A stretch of DNA of 64,000 bases from a virus, in IMG/VR virus record IMGVR_UViG_3300045988_082442, positions 128,001 to 192,000 of that record; one strand, written 5' to 3'. Shown here piece after piece: positions 59,873 through 64,000 of the stretch; the first letter of the stretch is position 1; the number at the start of each line of letters is the position of its first letter. Position numbers and translations under genes: made by a program. A model generated the notes under the pieces. The model worked only from the letters and a program-made list of their open reading frames with translations. It did not search any database and was not told the origin of the DNA.

Positions 59873-62662
59873 ATGGCTATTAAAATAGCAGATAACTTTT
59901 TATATCAAGGTAGAAAACCCTTGGACAATAGAATTTTAATAGATACAGTGGCTGATATGGTGGCAATGATTCCAGCAATTATATATGATGGTATGATTGC
60001 ATATGTTAAAGATACTAAAGAATACTATATGTATGATTCAACAAACACAGTTGACCCCGTATTAGCTAAATGGAGATTATTCTCAGATGGACAACCATCA
60101 TTAAAAGAATATCTACAAAATACTAAATATAAAAAAGATGACCTTGTATATTTAGGCGAAAGTTTAGCAAGAGTAGTATCAGATTTTACATCAGATAATA
60201 CTAAATCTACAATAGATGGTTCATTTGAATTTGATATTGATAATGCAAAACTAATACCAGTTGGAGCTACAACTGAGTTTAAAATATATAAGAGCAATAA
60301 TGCTTTAGATACTAATATTGATGGTATATCAACACTTCAATTTACAGATTTAGTAACTGCAGGAATTACAATAGATGATATAGAAGTTAATCAATTAGTA
60401 TATGACATCGATGGTACAGTTGCTAAAGTAGACAGCATAAATATAGGTGCTTCAACTCTAACTGTAACAACTATTACATCTAGTGGTAGTGGTGCTTCTG
60501 GAATATATTTAAGTAATGATATACTAAATAAAACAATACTAGGTACTACATCTGTATCAATTTTAAATTTATCATGTGTAGGAACACCATCAGCATTAGA
60601 AATAAATACTCACGTATATGATAGTGAGGGTACAGTTGCTAGAGTAAAAGGAATTAATACTGCTGGAGATATTATAGATTTAGAAACAATAACTATTTCT
60701 GGAAAAGATTATTCTATATATAGAAGCACTAAAGAATTAAGTAGTGTTATAACAGATACTTCAATTTTATCTTTTACAGATATTATAACACCAATGGGAA
60801 CTACAATAGCAGATTTAAAAGTAAATCAAATAGTATTTGATGAGAAAGGAACAGTTGCAAAAATAGATGCAGCTGATGAGGTTAATGGTAAATTTACAGT
60901 TACAACTATGACAACCGCAGACAATATAAATCACATGCCTATCGCACCAGATACTAAAGAGTTAAAGATAAATAATGGTGGTTCAGGTTATCAAGTAGGA
61001 GATATAGTTGAAACAACCGAAACAGGTGTATTTGCAGAAATAACTTCTGTTATAGCAAGTGGTGTTATAGATGGTGTTAAGTATTCAACTAGCACAACTC
61101 AAACAACTACTGGTACAGGTGCAATAATTGATAATAAACAAGTTATATATGGTGGTTATGGAAGTAATTGGGCTGCATTATCTGAGGCAGCAGTATTAGT
61201 TGCACAAACACTAGTTGACCAATTTGACTATGAAGTTGGATATAGTTTTGAAATTACAGCACAAGGTACAGGATATGTAGTAGGTGATGTAGTAAGTACA
61301 GATACTACAGGACAATTTGTTAAGGTAACTAAAATAGGTACTGCAGGTGAAATTCTTGAAGTTGAATATACAAGAAATTTAACAGCAACTACAAGTGGTA
61401 CGGGTGCAGTAATCAAAGCAACTTTAGATACAAATGTATTTAAAATACCAGACCAATATTGGAATGCTGGGTTATCATTATTCTATCTAACAAATGATGA
61501 TGGTGCTAGTGTTCAATATTATAGAACAGGAGATATTCTAGTTAAATATAATGCTGGTAATAATAACCAGGTTTTTGAATTTACATTTAACGAAGTAAAT
61601 GGAACTATTACACAAAAAGTAACAACAGCAGGAGGAACTACAAAAGGTTCATCTATGAAAGAATATCAAACAACTGCTACGATTAGTAGGACAATAAATG
61701 ACTTAACTATAATAAATGTAACAGATATACCAAGTGTTACAGTAGTTGCAGATTTAGAAGTAGAACAACTAGTATATGACATTAAAGGTACAGTTGCTAA
61801 AATTACAAGTATTGATACAACAACAGGAGATATTGCATTACAAACTATGACTATTTCAGGTGCTGATGGTGATTTATTTATGCCTATTGCACCAGACACA
61901 AAGGAATTGAAAATTAAAAATTCTGGTAATGGTTATGTAGTAGGAGATATAATTGAAACTACAACTACAGGTATATTTGCAACAGTAGATAGTGTTGATG
62001 CAAATGGTTCAATAACTCAAGTATCATTATCTTCAGCAACTACTCAAAGTGTAACAGGTACAGATGCTATAATTTCTTATGAACAAGTAATTTATGGTGG
62101 TTATAACAATCAATGGGCTCCTTTAATAGATGCAGCTGTTTTAAATGCAAAAGTAGTAGCAGATATTGATGGTTACGAAATTGGTTATGATTACACAATA
62201 GCAAATGCAGGTACAGGTTATCAAGTAGGAGATATAGTTGCAACAGATATAGCTGATGTATTTATAGTAGTTAATTCTGTTGGTGCTTCTGGGGAAATTA
62301 CAGATGTTGGATTTACAAGATTAAAAGCACCAAATACAACAGGCACAGGTGCAAATATAACTGCTGTACAAAATACAGATAAATTAGTTATACCTGATAT
62401 TCAATGGAATGGTGGCTGCACAATATTTGGTTTAACAAATAATGATGGTGCTTCTACCGAGTTCTGTAGAACAGGTGATATAAACACTAAATATGGTGTG
62501 AGTGAAAATAATATATATAAATTTGAATATGATGATGTTAATGGAATAATTACACAAACTGCACTTCCTTTTGGAAATGGTTGTAGTTGTGATTCAGACT
62601 CACTAACTGATGCTGATATAGACGCAGCAATACTAGATTCATTGACAACATTAAATATATAG
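59873..62662 (+). CDS. tail fibre-like protein with an internal tandem duplication of about 270 aa
   Basis: MPIAPDTKELKI(N/K)N(G/S)G(S/N)GY(Q/V)VGDI(V/I)ETT occurs twice. G(T/S/N)GY.VGD occurs four times. Confidence 0.7.
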   Translation: MAIKIADNFLYQGRKPLDNRILIDTVADMVAMIPAIIYDGMIAYVKDTKEYYMYDSTNTVDPVLAKWRLFSDGQPSLKEYLQNTKYKKDDLVYLGESLARVVSDFTSDNTKSTIDGSFEFDIDNAKLIPVGATTEFKIYKSNNALDTNIDGISTLQFTDLVTAGITIDDIEVNQLVYDIDGTVAKVDSINIGASTLTVTTITSSGSGASGIYLSNDILNKTILGTTSVSILNLSCVGTPSALEINTHVYDSEGTVARVKGINTAGDIIDLETITISGKDYSIYRSTKELSSVITDTSILSFTDIITPMGTTIADLKVNQIVFDEKGTVAKIDAADEVNGKFTVTTMTTADNINHMPIAPDTKELKINNGGSGYQVGDIVETTETGVFAEITSVIASGVIDGVKYSTSTTQTTTGTGAIIDNKQVIYGGYGSNWAALSEAAVLVAQTLVDQFDYEVGYSFEITAQGTGYVVGDVVSTDTTGQFVKVTKIGTAGEILEVEYTRNLTATTSGTGAVIKATLDTNVFKIPDQYWNAGLSLFYLTNDDGASVQYYRTGDILVKYNAGNNNQVFEFTFNEVNGTITQKVTTAGGTTKGSSMKEYQTTATISRTINDLTIINVTDIPSVTVVADLEVEQLVYDIKGTVAKITSIDTTTGDIALQTMTISGADGDLFMPIAPDTKELKIKNSGNGYVVGDIIETTTTGIFATVDSVDANGSITQVSLSSATTQSVTGTDAIISYEQVIYGGYNNQWAPLIDAAVLNAKVVADIDGYEIGYDYTIANAGTGYQVGDIVATDIADVFIVVNSVGASGEITDVGFTRLKAPNTTGTGANITAVQNTDKLVIPDIQWNGGCTIFGLTNNDGASTEFCRTGDINTKYGVSENNIYKFEYDDVNGIITQTALPFGNGCSCDSDSLTDADIDAAILDSLTTLNI

Positions 62663-62676
62663 GAGGTGAGATATAG

Positions 62677-64000
62677 ATGAATTTAGCACAAGTTAAAAAA
62701 TATGTAGAAGGAGTTCTAAAAGGTTGGTTTCAAAATAAGAAAATATTAGACAAATTAAGTGTAAATACAGATGGTAATCTTACCTTCGATGGTAGTGAAA
62801 TTAAAGGTGGCTCTGCATCAATACTAGAATACACACAAGGAACACAATATGCAAAAGATAATCTAGTTTATGTTGACGAGGTATTAGCAAGAGTTGTTGC
62901 AGATTATACATCAGATAATTCAAGACCTACACTACAAGATAGTTTCCAATACGATATAGACAATGGTGCATTGGTTGAGGTATCATCAGAATTAGCATCA
63001 TGTTTAGGAAATGTAAGAGATGATAATACATCAAGTTTCCCTACTACAGCAAATAATGGAGATTGGGTATTAGTAGAAGATTGTGTTAACAATTTCCCAG
63101 GAGAAGCTGGTATAGCAGTATTTGATGGTGTTAGTTGGATAGTGTATAAAATACCAAGACCATCAAGTAGTTTCCCAGAACCAAGTGCTGATGGTAAGAA
63201 TTACTTTAGAACATTAGATGTTGGAAATACAGTGGGTACTTGGACATTATTTGATAAAGTATCTGGAGATGAAATAGAGATAACATTAAAAACTATGAAT
63301 AGTTCTGATGTATCTTATGTTCCAAAGAAAGGTGAACTTATATTCTTACAAGATACTGGAAAATTAGTATTAGGTGATGGAACAAGTAGTTTAGGTTTAT
63401 TAAAACCATTTTATGAAGGAACACTAACAAGTGCTGATGTAATTTCAGCATTAGGGTATCAACCAGAAGATGCAAGTATGAAAGGACAACCTAATGGTTA
63501 TGCTCCTTTAGGTGCAGATGGCAGAGTACCAAATGCAAACTTACCTGCAAGTTTAACAGATACTTATTCAAAATCTGAAATAGATAATAAAGATACTACA
63601 ATTCAAAATGCTGTAACTACTTTAATAAATAATGAAGCAACAACAGCAAGAGCAGCAGAAACAGCTTTAAGAACAGATTTAGATGCACATACAACAAATA
63701 ATGCAATACATGTAACTCAAACAGAAAAAGATACATGGAATGATAAAGTAGATGATGCAGATTTAGTACCATTTACAAATCATATATCAGATACAGCTAT
63801 ACACGTAACACAGGCAGATAAAGATAAGTGGAATGGTATGAATAAAGCAGTATATGTTACAGATATAGCAGATTTACCTATGACAGATAATGAAGTAGGA
63901 AATATGGGTTATGTTCAAGTTTCAGAAGCAGGAGTAACACCCATAGTATGTGATACTTATATATGGGATGGAACTGCTTGGCAACTAATGGACGTAGACC
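62677..64000 (+). CDS. tail fibre protein, 3' end outside the window
   Basis: ATG at 62677 after GGAGGTGAG, open to the window end, and not in the ORF track. KGELIFLQDTGKLVLGDGTSSLGLL is a fibre-type motif. Carries the same ARVVADYTSDN module. Confidence 0.7.
   Translation, partial: MNLAQVKKYVEGVLKGWFQNKKILDKLSVNTDGNLTFDGSEIKGGSASILEYTQGTQYAKDNLVYVDEVLARVVADYTSDNSRPTLQDSFQYDIDNGALVEVSSELASCLGNVRDDNTSSFPTTANNGDWVLVEDCVNNFPGEAGIAVFDGVSWIVYKIPRPSSSFPEPSADGKNYFRTLDVGNTVGTWTLFDKVSGDEIEITLKTMNSSDVSYVPKKGELIFLQDTGKLVLGDGTSSLGLLKPFYEGTLTSADVISALGYQPEDASMKGQPNGYAPLGADGRVPNANLPASLTDTYSKSEIDNKDTTIQNAVTTLINNEATTARAAETALRTDLDAHTTNNAIHVTQTEKDTWNDKVDDADLVPFTNHISDTAIHVTQADKDKWNGMNKAVYVTDIADLPMTDNEVGNMGYVQVSEAGVTPIVCDTYIWDGTAWQLMDVD

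Noticed and set aside
1-64000. Prophage or lysogeny features (integrase, repressor, attachment sites next to the tRNA genes) and CRISPR adaptation genes
   Set aside because: No ORF shows integrase, recombinase, Cas1, Cas2 or Cas4 signatures by eye. The tRNA cluster sits inside phage genes rather than at a host junction.

Overview
An AT-rich, tightly packed segment of a large bacteriophage genome. About 70 genes are on the + strand and one is on the - strand. AGGAGG-type ribosome-binding sites and a dockerin-like module suggest a low-GC Gram-positive (Clostridia-like) host. Everything here was folded, aligned and called by eye, with no database search.

Layout:
- 74-3254: a tRNA cluster interleaved with CRISPR-repeat-derived sequence, a 4-repeat CRISPR array, a 601-aa TnpB/Cas12-like RuvC nuclease gene, and degenerate mini-array remnants ending at a strong terminator.
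- 3.3-22 kb: early/middle genes. These include an NAD-dependent DNA ligase split by a GIY-YIG homing endonuclease; an RNA-repair cluster (RlaP-like nucleotidyltransferase, Thg1-like enzyme, P-loop ATPase, kinase-phosphatase-ligase Pnkp); a second 7-repeat CRISPR array at 17244-17665; a YqeY-like protein; and many zinc-ribbon proteins.
- 23-35 kb and 55-64 kb: tail-fibre and receptor-binding genes behind a conserved late-promoter-like motif.
- 35-54 kb: small genes, a transglycosylase, a portal-like gene and a block of very acidic large proteins.

Regulatory repeats: at least 13 copies of a near-identical sigma-70-like promoter (AATGCTTGACAAAATTTAAAACTTATAATAT) and 10 copies of GTAAAATATTAATGAG.

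The most interesting content is the phage-borne, adaptation-less, miniature type V-like CRISPR system. Its guides appear partly embedded in the tRNA operon. It has a candidate anti-repeat RNA between two tRNAs, a covarying double-hairpin leader present four times, and a spacer that matches a variant tRNA-Tyr.
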